A stretch of DNA of 61,635 nucleotides, filler included, from Squatina squatina (taxonomy: Eukaryota): assembly GCA_031763465.1 (NCBI GenBank). It is 4 parts of 4 records of this genome, joined end to end, with 100 filler letters (N's around TTAATTAATTAA, not from the genome) between each part and the next. Parts side by side here need not be neighbours in the genome. Positions count along the whole stretch, not along the records: positions 47,319 to 61,635 come from JARFOE010000222.1; 3 more parts are not named here. One strand, written 5' to 3'. Below, piece by piece: positions 48,446 through 61,635 of this stretch (positions are counted from its first letter, which is position 1; each line of letters begins with the position of its first letter). The position numbers were made by a program, and so were the translations under genes. The notes beneath the pieces are model-generated. The model ran no database searches and was not told the DNA's origin. It was given only the letters and a program-made list of their open reading frames with translations.

Positions 48446-51400
48446 TCTATATGGCTTAGTAACACTGCAAAATGTGCTCATTCACCAGGAAATCTCAGGC
48501 CCCAATGCAGTATGACATTACTGCAACTTGCATCACATTCATCCACAGCAAGCACATATGACTTTCATTACTTATTCACTTTTTGTAACACTGTAACGCT
48601 GCCATTTTTACTTCTTTTTGTTTATAAACAGAAAACATGCAGGAGACATCACAACTCACTTGCAACATTGTCAGTTGTTTGATAAGCATTGTATCCAAGA
48701 GGTCCCTGGTATGTATCCTCCATTTTCTTAATTACCCTGTTGTAACTCCTCTAATTCCGTTGTGCAATATTAACACAGTTACTGATTTTCACAGTATTGC
48801 CACCAGATTCGGAAAATATTATAAAGAGAATAAAGAAATAAATCTTCCTTAAAACTCGATCTTAAAGCAATAAACTGGACAAAAGAGTAACAAAAGTATA
48901 AAGCTCCTTCAGAAATTATGGGGTTACAGACAGTTCACAACCGTTACTTTCCTGTGACCTTGGATCGTACATTACTAAAAATTGAATCTTTGTTGTCAGC
49001 CGTTATCAGTGTTTCAGCTTCCATGTGTACAGTGGATAGTCATCCAGATTCATTAGGTATGTACCATTGACATAAATTCTGTCCAGATAGTACCAATCAT
49101 TTCTATTGAGCTCATCCAATAACTGGCTAATGACAGGAAAATTATGGCTAGTTGTCTTGAAAACCTGGTAGCTCAATGGTGCAGAATGTTGTTCCAGTAA
49201 TGGTGAACAGGCCCACCTTCACAATTCCTACATTGCAAGTTTCTTTTTTCAGTTGGTTCATTCTAGAAAGCAGAGATTAAGAAGTAAATNNNNNNNNNNN
49301 NNNNNNNNNNNNNNNNNNNNNNNNNNNNNNNNNNNNNNNNNNNNNNNNNNNNNNNNNNNNNNNNNNNNNNNNNNNNNNNNNNNNNNNNNCCGGCATTAAT
49401 GGGTAGACAAATTTCTCACCAAAATGCTTAACGCTATAAGTTGGTGTTAAGCACTTTGTGTCCATTTAACGCCCAAATAAAACTACAAATTGGGCGCCCC
49501 TAGTATTTTAACACCTATCAGTTGTGTAAAACAGCAGCGAAGAGATATTAGCTGAAACCAAGACACAGTAAAAAAAAGTCTTGAAGGCAAAGCATGTCAT
49601 GTGAAATAAGCAACAGCAGCCGTAATCTGCACTTTCAATGTATAATTAATTTGCTCTGCTCCGTCTGTCTTTCCATGAAAACAGTTCGTTTACATGTATA
49701 AGGTTTCAGCATCTGGGATATCATGTAACAAAATGTGCTTTGTGCTTTTACAAAAGCTTCTTGCAATTGCTCAGACTGATACTTTTATCTTTGAAACTGC
49801 AGCGTCAGACAGAAAAACAAAAATATCTAAATCACACAATATAGAGAACATGACAGTTAGTGTACAGAGGAAATGCGCTCTACATGATAGTCACATTAAC
49901 TTGTGCTCATTTTCATTACAGTATGAAGGTTGATTACATATTCAAGAGGGTGAGTTTCCTGTGATGATAAGCATGTGATGTTGGGCATGTGATGGTAAGT
50001 TAATGTTCCAAAGTGAATAGAGATGACAAGACTGACGTCAGAAGCTGCCTCAAATAATAACCAGATTGTTCATTGTTCCTTTATTTCCTATGATCTGCTT
50101 GTAGGTATGGTGAATTATTTGGGGAAACTGGTATAAAGCCATGGTTAGAGCTGGAAAGAAACCTCCTTGAAGCTGTGACTTTTAAAGTGGAATATGTTTT
50201 TCACTCAAAGAAACAAAATGGCCCACCTCGGTTCTCACCAGTAAAGCAGTCTTGCAGAATCAAATTCAGACTGAAAGCATGTTGTTTTAATACAGACTCC
50301 AGAGTATGGGATAGCACATTACTGATCATTCTAATGTCTTCCTTCCTGAAATTAGAATTTTCACTGAAGTAAGCTGGTTGGCCAGCCTCCCCAGAAGTTA
50401 ATTATAATAATTAAATGATAGGTCTGCACTGGCATTTGGAGTAAAAGGCAAGAAAAGTATAGTGTTGTTAAGTTTTCCTTTCATGTCCGTTTCTGTCTGT
50501 TAGTTGAGTCACATTCCTTAAATGCCAAAGTCACAGTTCTCAAACTGAGTTCATTTTTGCACCAGCATTCAGAATGCATATGTTAGATGTAATGTATTTC
50601 AAATAAAGTATTCACTCTTTAATTGTGAATTTATTGCTGAATTTCAAAATCTATGGTCATAATACAGTGATGATGCATGGGTGTGCTATGTTTTAAGCTG
50701 GTCAATATATTGTGTGTTTCGTATGTGTCATTTAATTAAGTGATAATCAGTAATTTTAGTTCACATTGGAATGCATGATTGCATTAACCTTGAGGCAATG
50801 CCATGGATTATAAATTTAAAAAAAAAAAAAAAANNNNNNNNNNNNNNNNNNNNNNNNNNNNNNNNNNNNNNNNNNNNNNNNNNNNNNNNNNNNNNNNNNN
50901 NNNNNNNNNNNNNNNNNNNNNNNNNNNNNNNNNCTAAAACATGTACTATGCTGCCAGTGCTTGCTGGATAAGTAATGATTATATCCCCTTTTATACAGCT
51001 GCAAAAAGATAACCGCTTGCATACAATGGATGGATTCCTTGTTATGACGAGTGAGATAAAGGGTACTGGATACCCTGAGGATCCTCCTACATTTAACACC
51101 TGCAAAAATAAAGCATTTAGCTGAAAGCTGAACAACATTTATCGGAGCACATTTTTGTTTTTAATGAAGCTGAACAGCTTTGACAGGAATGAATCACTTG
51201 TGGTGTGTGCATTATTGATGAGACACTGCAGAAAATATTCACCAGTCAAGGCCTGTGCATACAAGCAAAGGCTTCCACAACTTCTATCATGATACATATC
51301 CCCAAATTAACTAAAAGCTGCATAATTAATATGTCAGGTTAAAATGTTGCAGAATTAGAAGTCTGTAGGGCCCTTGCGTAATAGTATTTAACTCATCTAA

Positions 51401-53839
51401 TAATCCATGATAAAACATAACAATGAGCGCCCATAAATATCAATCATCTGGGGTGGGATTAGGCTTGATTTGGATTTGGATTTTATTTTTGCTTGCTGTC
51501 TTTTACTGGGAATTTATGCCAACAGAAAAAGCTTTCGGCTGGGGTCAGATTTCCGCTGTGCCTGTTTAACTTGAACTCCGCTATCTTCGTGGGGAAGTTC
51601 TGAGTTCAAGGTTCAGGGTCTACAATTCAAATCAAACTCAAAATCTGAATCAGAAAGTGCACGCTTAAGGCTNNNNNNNNNNNNNNNNNNNNNNNNNNNN
51701 NNNNNNNNNNNNNNNNNNNNNNNNNNNNNNNNNNNNNNNNNNNNNNNNNNNNNNNNNNNNNNNNNNNNNNNNTGTACACAACTAAATGCTTCCTTGTAAA
51801 GCACCTGAACTCAATGGACTGGGGTTTTATTGAGTCCTGTGAACATCATGTGACTGGCTAAACCATTCACAATGCTCACAGGTGCATACATTACTAAAGG
51901 CTACACCAGAATTAAGTTTCCCTCTTTCCCAGTGGGAATAAACCTATCAGGAGCAGCATTACCATTCCAACCTCACCTTGAATAGTAAATGAGGGCTCTG
52001 GGGGGAACTGCAGGAGGCTAGCAGCAGCGTCACGTTGACAGGCAGTATTCCTGCTCCACCGTAAACGCAACAATAGGAGGAGAATTGATCTCAAGATCCT
52101 GACTAGATCCTCTCCCTCCATTCCCTAACTTCAGGGCCACTACCACCGCCAGCCCAGGCCTACCATGACCTTCCACATGGTGGTTCCAGGGAGTGACAGT
52201 AACTGGTCAGAAATGGGCTTGGGACTTGATTGCAACACTCCCAAGCTGGCATTTGCATGTAATGGGTGGGGAGGGGCCAGCTAATTGTAGCCCTAGTGGA
52301 ATAAGGGGGTGAAGAAAAATTCATGTTGGGTTGGTAAGATGGAACTAGGCCTCACCGCTCAATTTTGCCTCATTTTCTGCCAAAATCCCACCCATTTCAG
52401 GTGAGATCATGGAGTAAAATCCAGCCATGTATTTCTTCAGTGCGCCCATGAACTTGACAGGAATTAATTGCTTAAAATGATAGAGAGAGAACTGTAATTG
52501 GAGTCTTATTTCCCCATTTTATTTATTAGTTGATCCTGTGCAATCTACTAGGCGGAATAATATTATCTGTGATCCTTCCAAAGTGTGTTAGCAAGGAGCA
52601 CTGGCCTAATTCAAGGTATATGACCCATTCCTTCTACTATTCACTGGATCATCATTATTGTATATACGCTTTAGTGACACATTGTGCTCGGGTTTCAAGA
52701 GACAATTTTCGTTATGAAAATAAATTTTGCAGCCACCTGTTTTTGATCAAGGATTTTTGAAGGAGCCCAGAAGAATAATGCATCATTTGTGTCACAATGA
52801 CATTACATGTTAGTTTTGCACTGATATGCTTCAATGTGGTTTACAGCATCATATTGTCTATTTATAAACAAGTGTATTAAAAAAAGAATTGCCACAGGAA
52901 GATGTGCTCCTTTAATGAAATGTTATTATTGGAGAGAATGGCTGCCATTACAGTGTTTGTATGAAGTTGAATCCTTTGCACTACAGTTGTGTGTTCATTA
53001 GAGATGTTTGAAGAACCAGTCAAAATAGCTGATTCAGCACATAATACTAATAACTCAGTAGCATACAGAGAAACGAATAAGCTCTGGGTTTAGGAAAGAG
53101 CACATTCAATCAATACCAAACAATAGAACCTTGATAGGCAGCTTTTCCATATGAGTGCCTTGTAAAAACTCTGCAACTCCAATCCTCCAAATAGACCATT
53201 CTCAGCCAGAAGGTAAATGATTTACCCACACCCAATGGCAAAATATGCCTAAAGGGCATTGGCAGAAACTGGTTACTATCCAAACGTGTGTCTTGTCTGG
53301 CTGAACTTTCAATGGATAACATAATCTTTAAATAAATCAATTAACTTGAGCTGTCTGGGTACTGTCTGTGTTTAGTAAAGTTAAACAATAGACAGGAGCA
53401 CCTTTCTCACTGACAATGCAGAGGCATATTTTGTTCTTAATCTGAGCAGACAAAGATTACCAATGGGCATATTCTAAAATTGAAAGCTACTGAAAATAGC
53501 AGATAATTCTCACTTTGTTCAAAATTAACGACAAACCAAACTATAGCAGCATGTGTTGATAATGTATAACTTGCTCTGACGATGTAGCGTGCTAAACAAG
53601 ACAACTGACCCACAGATCTTTTTGATAATCTTTGCTCAGTAGCATTTGAATAAAATGTAATTTCTTTATGTAGGTTTTGAACAATATATTTCTATCATTG
53701 CATGTTGTGTTGTCAGAGTAATGATATGTATTGTGTGTATTGTTAGGAGAGAGCATGACTGTCGCAACGCATTTCATTTCAGACATGCTGAGTGCTGCAA
53801 TTATATAAATCTAGAAATTAATGTTTGTTGCCTTCTGGA

Positions 53840-54052
53840 GCACAGGAACATAAAGATCAGGAGTAGGCCATTCAGATCCTCGAGTCTGTTCTGCCATTCA
53901 TTTGGATCCTGGCTGATCTGTATCTTACCCCATCTACCCGTCTTGGTTCGGTAACCGTTAATAACCTTGCCTAACAAAAATCTATCAATCTCAGTTTTGA
54001 AATTTTCAATTGTCACCCAGCCTGAACAGCCTTTTGGTGGAGACAGTTCCAT
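53840..54052 (-). mobile_element. CR1 3' end
   Basis: IENFKTEIDRFLLGK plus 3' UTR 'gaatggcctactcctgatc...atgttcc'. Confidence 0.85.
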
Positions 54053-54978
54053 ATTCTTACATATTCCATATTTCTGGCAGTTTATTGCGGATTAAAAATG
54101 TTTTGGAGAGAATTTACTTCTGTTAGTTTGCTCATAATTTTTCTGTTTTCCGTTTGTGAGTTAAAATGTGGACAATTGGGGAGAATGATCAACTGGCCTG
54201 GGGATTACTCAGTTCCCAAATGCCATGAAGAAAAGATGGCNNNNNNNNNNTCCATCACTGGGTCTATGCCTGGATCTGGACTTTTGTCCTTGGCCCTCTT
54301 GTGAGTATCTCTAAGCTGCACTCAGCTATGCCGGCAGATCAGGATGAGTGCCTCTGTTGCACCATTACAGGAGTGAGCCACCCACTCTGATTATGCAAGT
54401 GACCCTGTCCCTGCAATTTGGTTGCTATGAACATCGGTGCAGTTAAGGCCTACTTGCTAATAGATTGGGAAGTATTTCTTTACTCAGAGAGTGATAACAG
54501 CTGGAGTGGATTGCCAGGGCAAGTGGTCGAGGCCACAGCACTAGATTAATTTAGGGCAGCTAGATGCTATGTTGTGATCAATACATTTCAGGGGCCAATT
54601 TTCATGACCTTTGGCCTCAGAAAATGCCCATTCTCCAGGCGCAAAGGTCAAGGTTTCTGGAGCTTCTCTGGAAGTGCAGAGCTGGGCCTGCATCTGCACA
54701 GGTACAGGCCCATTGCTGCAATGTAAATTAAGTGGTCCTGATTTCCTGCTGCTTTTTTCTGCTGTTGGGGCCGAGGGTACCCAGATGTTGGGGTGTGCCA
54801 CAAAACTGGCATTTAGCTCGCACTAGGAACTTAGTAACAAGCCAAAGATGACTCCAGGTGATGGGGGTGAACTTCAACNNNNNNNNNNNNNNNNNNNNNN
54901 NNNNNNNNNNNNNNNNNNNNNNNNNNNNNNNNNNNNNNNNNNNNNNNNNNNNNNNNNNNNNNNNNNNNNNNNNNNNNN

Positions 54979-56380
54979 ATGGCACAGAGAAGACAGGCAC
55001 TAGGGGAATGCACAAGGGTGATTAATTCACTTTATTATATTATATTGGATGGATAGATGCATAAATTTGATTTGGAATGTTTGTTTTGTGGTAGCTTTTA
55101 TTGTAGCATTGTGGCCAAGAGGATGATGTGATGGTCCACAACAGAGGAAAGTAAGGTGTGGGATTGTGGTTGAATGGGGAATTAGGGTTGCATTCATTGG
55201 TACAAAAGTCAGATCAGTTGATCATGGGCAGCCCAGCCAGAAAGGGGCTGTGTTGGTTGCCTCCTCCCTTCCTCCTCCTCAGCTCTTTACTGTATACCTA
55301 GTGGCAAGAACTGTGCCCTCATGAATCCGTAGTTGTGCAGCATGCAGCAGACCACGACAAATTTTGAGATGTGGCAAGTACTGCAGGGTTCCTCCAGGCA
55401 GCGGAAGTGTTGTTTAAGGACCCCACTGATCTGTTCAATCAAACTGTCTGTGGCATCATGGCTTTCATCATGCTGACCAGGTGTGGTTGGGTTGTGCACC
55501 TGAGAAATGAGCCAGGTAGTCAGTGGATAGCCATTGTCGCCCAATAGCCACTCACTGATTTGTTGTGGTTGAAAAGTGATGGTATAGCAAACTGCCACAG
55601 AATGAAGGCAGCATAGCTGATGCCAGGGTACTGAGCACTGACTTGCATGATGCACCGAGTATAGTCACACACCAGCTGAACACTGAGGGAGTGGAATCGC
55701 TGCCAGTTGCAGCACATCTCTGATTTTAAATGTGGCGCCCGCAAAGCGATGTGTGTACAGTCAATGGCAGACTGCACCATGGGGAAACCTGCTATCCTGG
55801 TGAAGCTGTGTGCTCGCTCTGCCTGTTTCTCTCTGGCAAGAGAGACTGAAATATATTCATCTCTCTTTGCATACAGAGACTTGGTGACCTTCCTCGAGCA
55901 GCTCTGAGCCTAGAAGGCCCAGCTTTAGACTTCACCTACTCGGAATGGTGGCAGCAATCTGGGCTGGCTGGCTGACAGGCAACAACAAGGGCACTGGCAG
56001 AGTGGCAGTGGTGGAAGGATGAATGCTGTCATCCGCCAAACTGTGAGATGTTGCAAATGCCGCCTGCTCCACCCCGGTGCATAGGAATTCATGGCCACGC
56101 TCACCTTCACAGCCATGAGCAATGTCGCCTGCAATAGGTGGCAGATTTCAGTGAGCACCTCCTTAGTAAGCGGAGACATCACGTGCACTGTTCCTCGCTG
56201 AGGTTGAGGTAGGAGAAGTGCTCCCTGAAGATCCTGGGTGGATATGGCCTCCTGCTGAAAGCCCTTCTCCCCCTCCTTCCTGTTCGAGCAGCTTGCCCTC
56301 CTCTGTGTTGCCTCTGCTCATTCTCCCTGTTATGCTGCAGGCCAAGGGGGATACAAGCTCCAGCACCCATGTCTGGGAGC
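54979..56380 (-). mobile_element. PIF/Harbinger DNA transposon, decayed (copy 2), with transposase pseudogene ~55195-56370
   Basis: MGAGACIPLGLQH..RRPYPPRIFREHFSYLNLSEEQC; AIDCTHIALRAP; WLLGDNGYPL; LIEQISGVLKQHFRCL; spacer 'ggaatgcacaag..gatta' matches ~20600. Confidence 0.87.
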
Positions 56381-57990
56381 AACTTTTTAAAATTCATTCA
56401 CAGGATGTGGGTCTTGCTGGAAAAGCNNNNNNNNNNNNNNNNNNNNNNNNNNNNNNNNNNNNNNNNNNNNNNNNNNNNNNNNNNNNNNNNNNNNNNNNNN
56501 NNNNNNNNNNNNNNNNNNNNNNNNNNGATCATATTGAATGGCGGTGCAGGCTCGAAGGGCCTAATGGCCTACTCCTGCACCTATTTTCTATGTTTCTATG
56601 TAACATCTGGATCAGTAAATGGAACCCTGAACCAACTATCCCAAATCAGTACTACAGTAGTGTGTAAGGATATTCTGTGATGAGATATAGGTACAAACCT
56701 GCAGGTATTTGTCATCTCCCCATTATGGGTAATTTTGCAACATTTTAAAACTTATCACCAGAATTGTTCACTTCAGCATTTTATATGAAACATGGATAGA
56801 ATGCCATTATTCTGGAGTTAATCACTTTGCCAACAAAAAGTTTATTGCTAACATAGCACAATAAAAATGTGGATTCCTTTGTGTGTTTTATTCCAAGTGT
56901 GGCTGTTTTTAAGTGGTAAACATTTGAAAAAGTTATTCTGATGCTTATCCTTTTTAATCAGTGAAAATGCCTAGGGCGATTGAGAATGTTTACAGCTGGT
57001 TCTGGATATTTCTACCTCCATTCCCTTATGTTACAGTTATGGCACTGCTGAAATAAACAGCCATCAAAGAATGAAACAACAGATTTGTCAAAACGTGGGA
57101 GAGTATTTTGGTTAAGAGACAGTGAAACTCTGCAGATAATTTTGATCAATTCTGCAGACAGTGTTTGATGAAATCTGGAGGATTTCCCCACATCTAAGTG
57201 TATTTTCTCATCAATAAACAGTGGCATTAAAATATGTGAAGTGCTAGACTCATTTATTAGCTATCATATTTACACACATTCATTTATTCAATTATATCTT
57301 GAAAACGGGCATTTAATCCTGTTACTTGAGTTACACAATGCTTATGTGAAAGTTGAGACATTCCTGAATCCTGCATGGCGACTAATGCAGGAATCACAAT
57401 AACAATGGCAGCCATTTTAATTAGGTAACAACAATGGCCATTTTATTTTGTGAGCTCAAAAAAAACATGGGATTATGTTATGAGGGTGAAATTGGTCTTT
57501 GCCAGTAGAGCGAAGCGACACAAACTCAGTTAATCGACAGCCCATTTTACACAGCGCCCGGTTTTCTTTTTCATTGAAGTTAAAATTGAGCATGGCTGCC
57601 GGTTCGCTCTGAGCCTGTTTCATGCTACTGGCAAAGACCAATTTTGCTGCTAAATGTATTACATTACCTATAGCCATTGAGAACTTTAAGTTTGTGGGAG
57701 GGGAAGTGTGAAATTAATTAAGATGTCATTAATCAATGATTTTGATGCAGATTTTTAATTTGTGAAAGCTTAGATTGCCTAGATGTGAGTGGAGTCTGCA
57801 GCTAATTTGGTGGAATCCACAGTAGGTTTGTTCCTGCAAAATTTCACTGACCCTGATCATGGCTTCTTTTTAAATGAGGAGCACATAATAAAGCTGAAAG
57901 CTTGAAAGATATTTCAGAAAAATGTATTGGTAGAGTTCGAGTGATAATGGGTCTTTGCTGGCACAGAAAATAAAGAAAACATCAGCCAGA

Positions 57991-58016
57991 TAGAGAGAGA
58001 GAGAGAGAGAGAGAGA
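57991..58016 (+). repeat. (AG)n microsatellite
   Basis: agagagagagagagagagagagag. Confidence 0.9.
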
Positions 58017-58578
58017 TGGAAGGAAGAGACTTGCGAATGCAAAAGTTATTAAATAAAAAGGTAAGGGGCAAGATCATTGCTGGTACAGCAAAACAAAAAC
58101 TGGGGGAATGAGAGGAGATAAAGTTGTGTACAAAAGCTCGTGGAACTCCTGGTTTTTCCCTGCATGGCGTCAGGACAAAGACAATTTATTTCAGAGTGCA
58201 TTAGTGATGCTGCAGGGACAGGTATGGGGCTCTGCAGCTCCTGGAGCCAATGACAGCTCTCGTGATAGATGCACGCAACTGCAGGCCTGACTGCGTGACG
58301 GGAGCTTTATAAATGGGACAATCCTACTGAGATGCCACCGGCAGATATGCTGATGCTCATATGAAGGAGTGCTTGACGTGCACAGTAAATTTCATATATT
58401 ACAGACAGATTAAAAGAAATAGGCAGCAGTGACTACAGAAAATTAGACAAGGCCAATACGACACTGCAGACATGGCAGAAAACAGAAGAACCCACTAATT
58501 TTCTCATTCGTCAATCCTCCCTCAGTCTTGCATGGTATTAGAGTGTTGCTCCAAATACCTCATACTTCAGTACATCAT

Positions 58579-58608
58579 CTGACGAAGGGTCATCGACCTG
58601 AAACGTTG
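58579..58608 (+). ncRNA. Minimal hammerhead ribozyme core of a Penelope-like element (truncated by a gap)
   Basis: CTGACGA - stem II AGGGTC/ATC/GACCT - GAAAC. Confidence 0.55.
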
Positions 58609-61600
58609 NNNNNNNNNNNNNNNNNNNNNNNNNNNNNNNNNNNNNNNNNNNNNNNNNNNNNNNNNNNNNNNNNNNNNNNNNNNNNNNNNNNNNNNNNNNN
58701 NNNNNNNNAGTAGATGCTAAACAGAAGTAGGAAGTTTTTGAAATTCTCCTTAAACGATCCCATTTTCAAGAAAAGTCATGTCAAATTTGTAAATCTTTGA
58801 AATTGCATGAAAAGCAACAAGAAACACCATTAAATTGCTGAGTTTTCTTTATCTATATGGTGTAACAAAAACTATAGTGGTTCCTCAAACGATTTTAAGT
58901 CTGATGGATGAATTTTTTTTCCCAATGGCTCCATTGCAAGTAACTTTGTTATTTCTGGATCAATAAGTACTTGTTTAGATATTATTTTTGACCTAAGTTT
59001 GATAGTCTCTGTGATAGTAAATGAATGTTATTCTAAGTAGCCTTGTAATGTTCACATGTTATTTAGAAGGTTAATGGTAACAATTTGCATCATCCTCCTA
59101 ATGGATTTTGAATGTTGGTTTGTATTTGATTACTGAGATTAAGAACATCCTAGAGTGTGAATTCCAAACATTTGAAATCATATTTATCATACAAATTCAT
59201 CCTCGCCCACCTATAGGAACAACTAATTTGGCACATATAGTCCTGAATTTGCACAGGTTGCAATTTTGATGAAATATAGGGCCCCACTCCTGAACAGTGA
59301 AAATCAGCCTGAAGTGGCCCATTTTTAAAAGAGGCCACAATTTCATTAAAACATTCAAATGAGAACTTTGAAAGGAACACCAAGAAAAGTACAAAAACAG
59401 AAGTTTGAATGCCACTATTTTAAAAAAAATCATAACTCTTCGCTAAGTTTTCTGTAATGAATTTGAGGTAGAGTTTCCGCTTTGGGTGCAATCAGCAATG
59501 TTTTGAGAAGTGATTTTTTTCCCTCAGGTTTCAGCTCAAACTCATTTGCATATTGCTGAAAACAAAACCTGCCAGGACCCAGCACAATCGGGCAACATTT
59601 TAACACATAATTCTTGGGGAAAAAATTCTACTTTAAAAAATATTCCTTGATGTATTTAAGTTTGGTCACTTGGTGTAGTTTGATTAATCCAGCTGAAAAT
59701 GTGTTTATCACAAAAAATAAGCATTTTTAATCACAGTATCAATCCACTTCTTGTGAGTAACCCAATTTTACATTACTGCAAATTACTTTTATATAAAATG
59801 TACAGAACCATTTGCTAATTATATTGGGGTACAGCGATCAGTTTCTTAGTAAATTAATGTTCGAAAACGTTTAAAACATGCCAATTAGTGCCCTTGTGCC
59901 CAAAATAACCAGCTTAATTTTTCGAGAGCCTCCTCAAAGTCCTGCAAACCAGCACAATTAGCAGAAACTCCCAATGGTGATTAATTCATCCTGCAGGCCT
60001 GGCCAGTTTTGTGGGTGTAGTGGTTCCCAGTGTGATTTTAAAAAAAACTGCTGGAAACGATCGATTTGGCTCAATGTAATTTACGTTTAGAATTCTGTGA
60101 TCTTTTGCGTGGGTTACACCGCTTTCGGGCGAATTGTGACAAAAGAATCAGCGCAACTGAGTAGAAACTCTACCCCTACATCTTTTGCCCATATATATTC
60201 CTTCATCATCGCGCTCATCACTAAGGAGTCTTCTAAATGGATATTTCTACTGCAGGACTTTTTTGGGAGGTATGGTTTCAGACAAGAAGAGGGGGTTCTA
60301 ACTCTTGCAAACCACTTTTGAGCATTGATTATCAGTTTAGAATCCATGGCCCATAATTTGCGGTCAGTGGCAAAGCAAAGGCGTTCACCGCTGACCCTGA
60401 AGAAAGCTTCCCACAAAGGTCTCGCAATCTCTATGGTGAGAAGTTTGGCTTTTTCGACGTGCAATTGAGATTAGTGTAGTGTAGTGGGAATCCCATAGCG
60501 CATTGTGCTGTGACGTCAACAAGCTGCCTAAGTAGCCAATCACAATGCAGAATTCTCAGACAGGGAACCAGAAAGTGAAAAAGCTCCTTTTATTCTGTCT
60601 TTTTTAAAATGTTATAGAGAGCAAAACAAAGATTGGGGCTCTCACATGGGTAAAGGTAAACCGGAAATAAATATGAACAAACTTTTAAATATATATATAT
60701 ATAGGGGCGCAATTCGTTTGGAATGGTAGCTGCCAAAAAAAGGTTGAGTTGGCACCGGCTCTGAGGTCCTGCCAAATTCTGCGGCATTGGTGTCTTGAAG
60801 AGAACATTTTTCCGACAGTGCTGTTGAAGCCTTTGAGCGCCTCATCTGGGGCGCTGGAGGGGTGCTGTNNNNNNNNNNNNNNNNNNNNNNNNNNNNNNNN
60901 NNNNNNNNNNNNNNNNNNNNNNNNNNNNNNNNNNNNNNNNNNNNNNNNNNNNNNNNNNNNNNNNNNNNTTTCAATTTGATTGCACATTGAAAGAAAATAA
61001 CACTCTAATGTAATCTATGTTATTTTACAGTGTCATAAACTGACAAAGTCCTTAATATTGTAAAATATACAATATTGATACACTTTTTATAAAAAAAAAT
61101 GCCCTTCAAATTGTTTTTCCAACATTCTTGATTTTTTTAAGAACATATATATTAGCCAGATTGTTTATTTTATCTGCTTTAATCAGTTTTGAATATGTTT
61201 CCTTTATCATAGATCTCAAGAGCTTCCTTTTATGTCTTAATGGATGTCATAGTCTGCTGGAGTTGTTACTAGATGGGAATCCATTTCAACAATAGTCAGG
61301 CTGGAGGTGAGCCAAACCCATTTTTCAAGCATTGCTATCTGACAGGCAGGATAGTATATTACTGAATTGAATGCAATAATTAAGAATGCCTCAATAAAAA
61401 TATAAATGACAGTATCTCACATGTTATATCATATGTAGAACTTGTATTAATTGTAATGTATGAAATCACAGTGGGTTAATTTCTTTCATCTTTTGAATTA
61501 ATCATACGGTCCTATTTTCCCAAAGAAAAAAAATTATTTTGTATTACAATTCATGTGAATTTAGTCAGTGGCTTGCAGTTAACTCGTAGTCCTAAAGATT

Positions 61601-61635
61601 TTTGCCATTGTTGTGGATTGTTTTGGTTCTTTTTA

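Noticed and set aside
50934-51099. Minus-strand acceptor followed by open frames
   Set aside because: No recognisable protein and no convincing donor.

Overview
Eukaryotic DNA, almost certainly from a cartilaginous fish (shark-type CR1/L2 LINEs, Deu-domain SINEs, Harbinger transposons, vertebrate genes with GT-AG introns). The window is not contiguous. Three artificial N44-TTAATTAATTAA-N44 linkers split it into four scaffolds (1-19260, 19361-33941, 34042-47218, 47319-61635), each made of ~1-3 kb contigs joined mostly by placeholder 100-N gaps, so genes appear only as isolated exons. Scaffold 1: VAT1L and NUDT7 exons plus one unidentified clean exon. Scaffold 2: a decayed Harbinger element, two PTPRC/CD45 exons and the mir-181a-1/b-1 cluster. 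Scaffold 3: three exons of an MTA-family gene, two EDNRB-like exons, a ZFP36/TIS11-family exon and two PAF1 exons. Scaffold 4: mostly repeats and non-coding DNA, with a second Harbinger and a Penelope-type hammerhead ribozyme core. Best leads: a possible fourth MTA ohnolog linked to ZFP36/PAF1; a TTP-like gene with ancestral features; a tRNA-headed LINE with its bipartite SINE derivative; a templated inverted insertion inside a Harbinger transposase. All protein and repeat identifications come from recalled reference sequences, not database searches.
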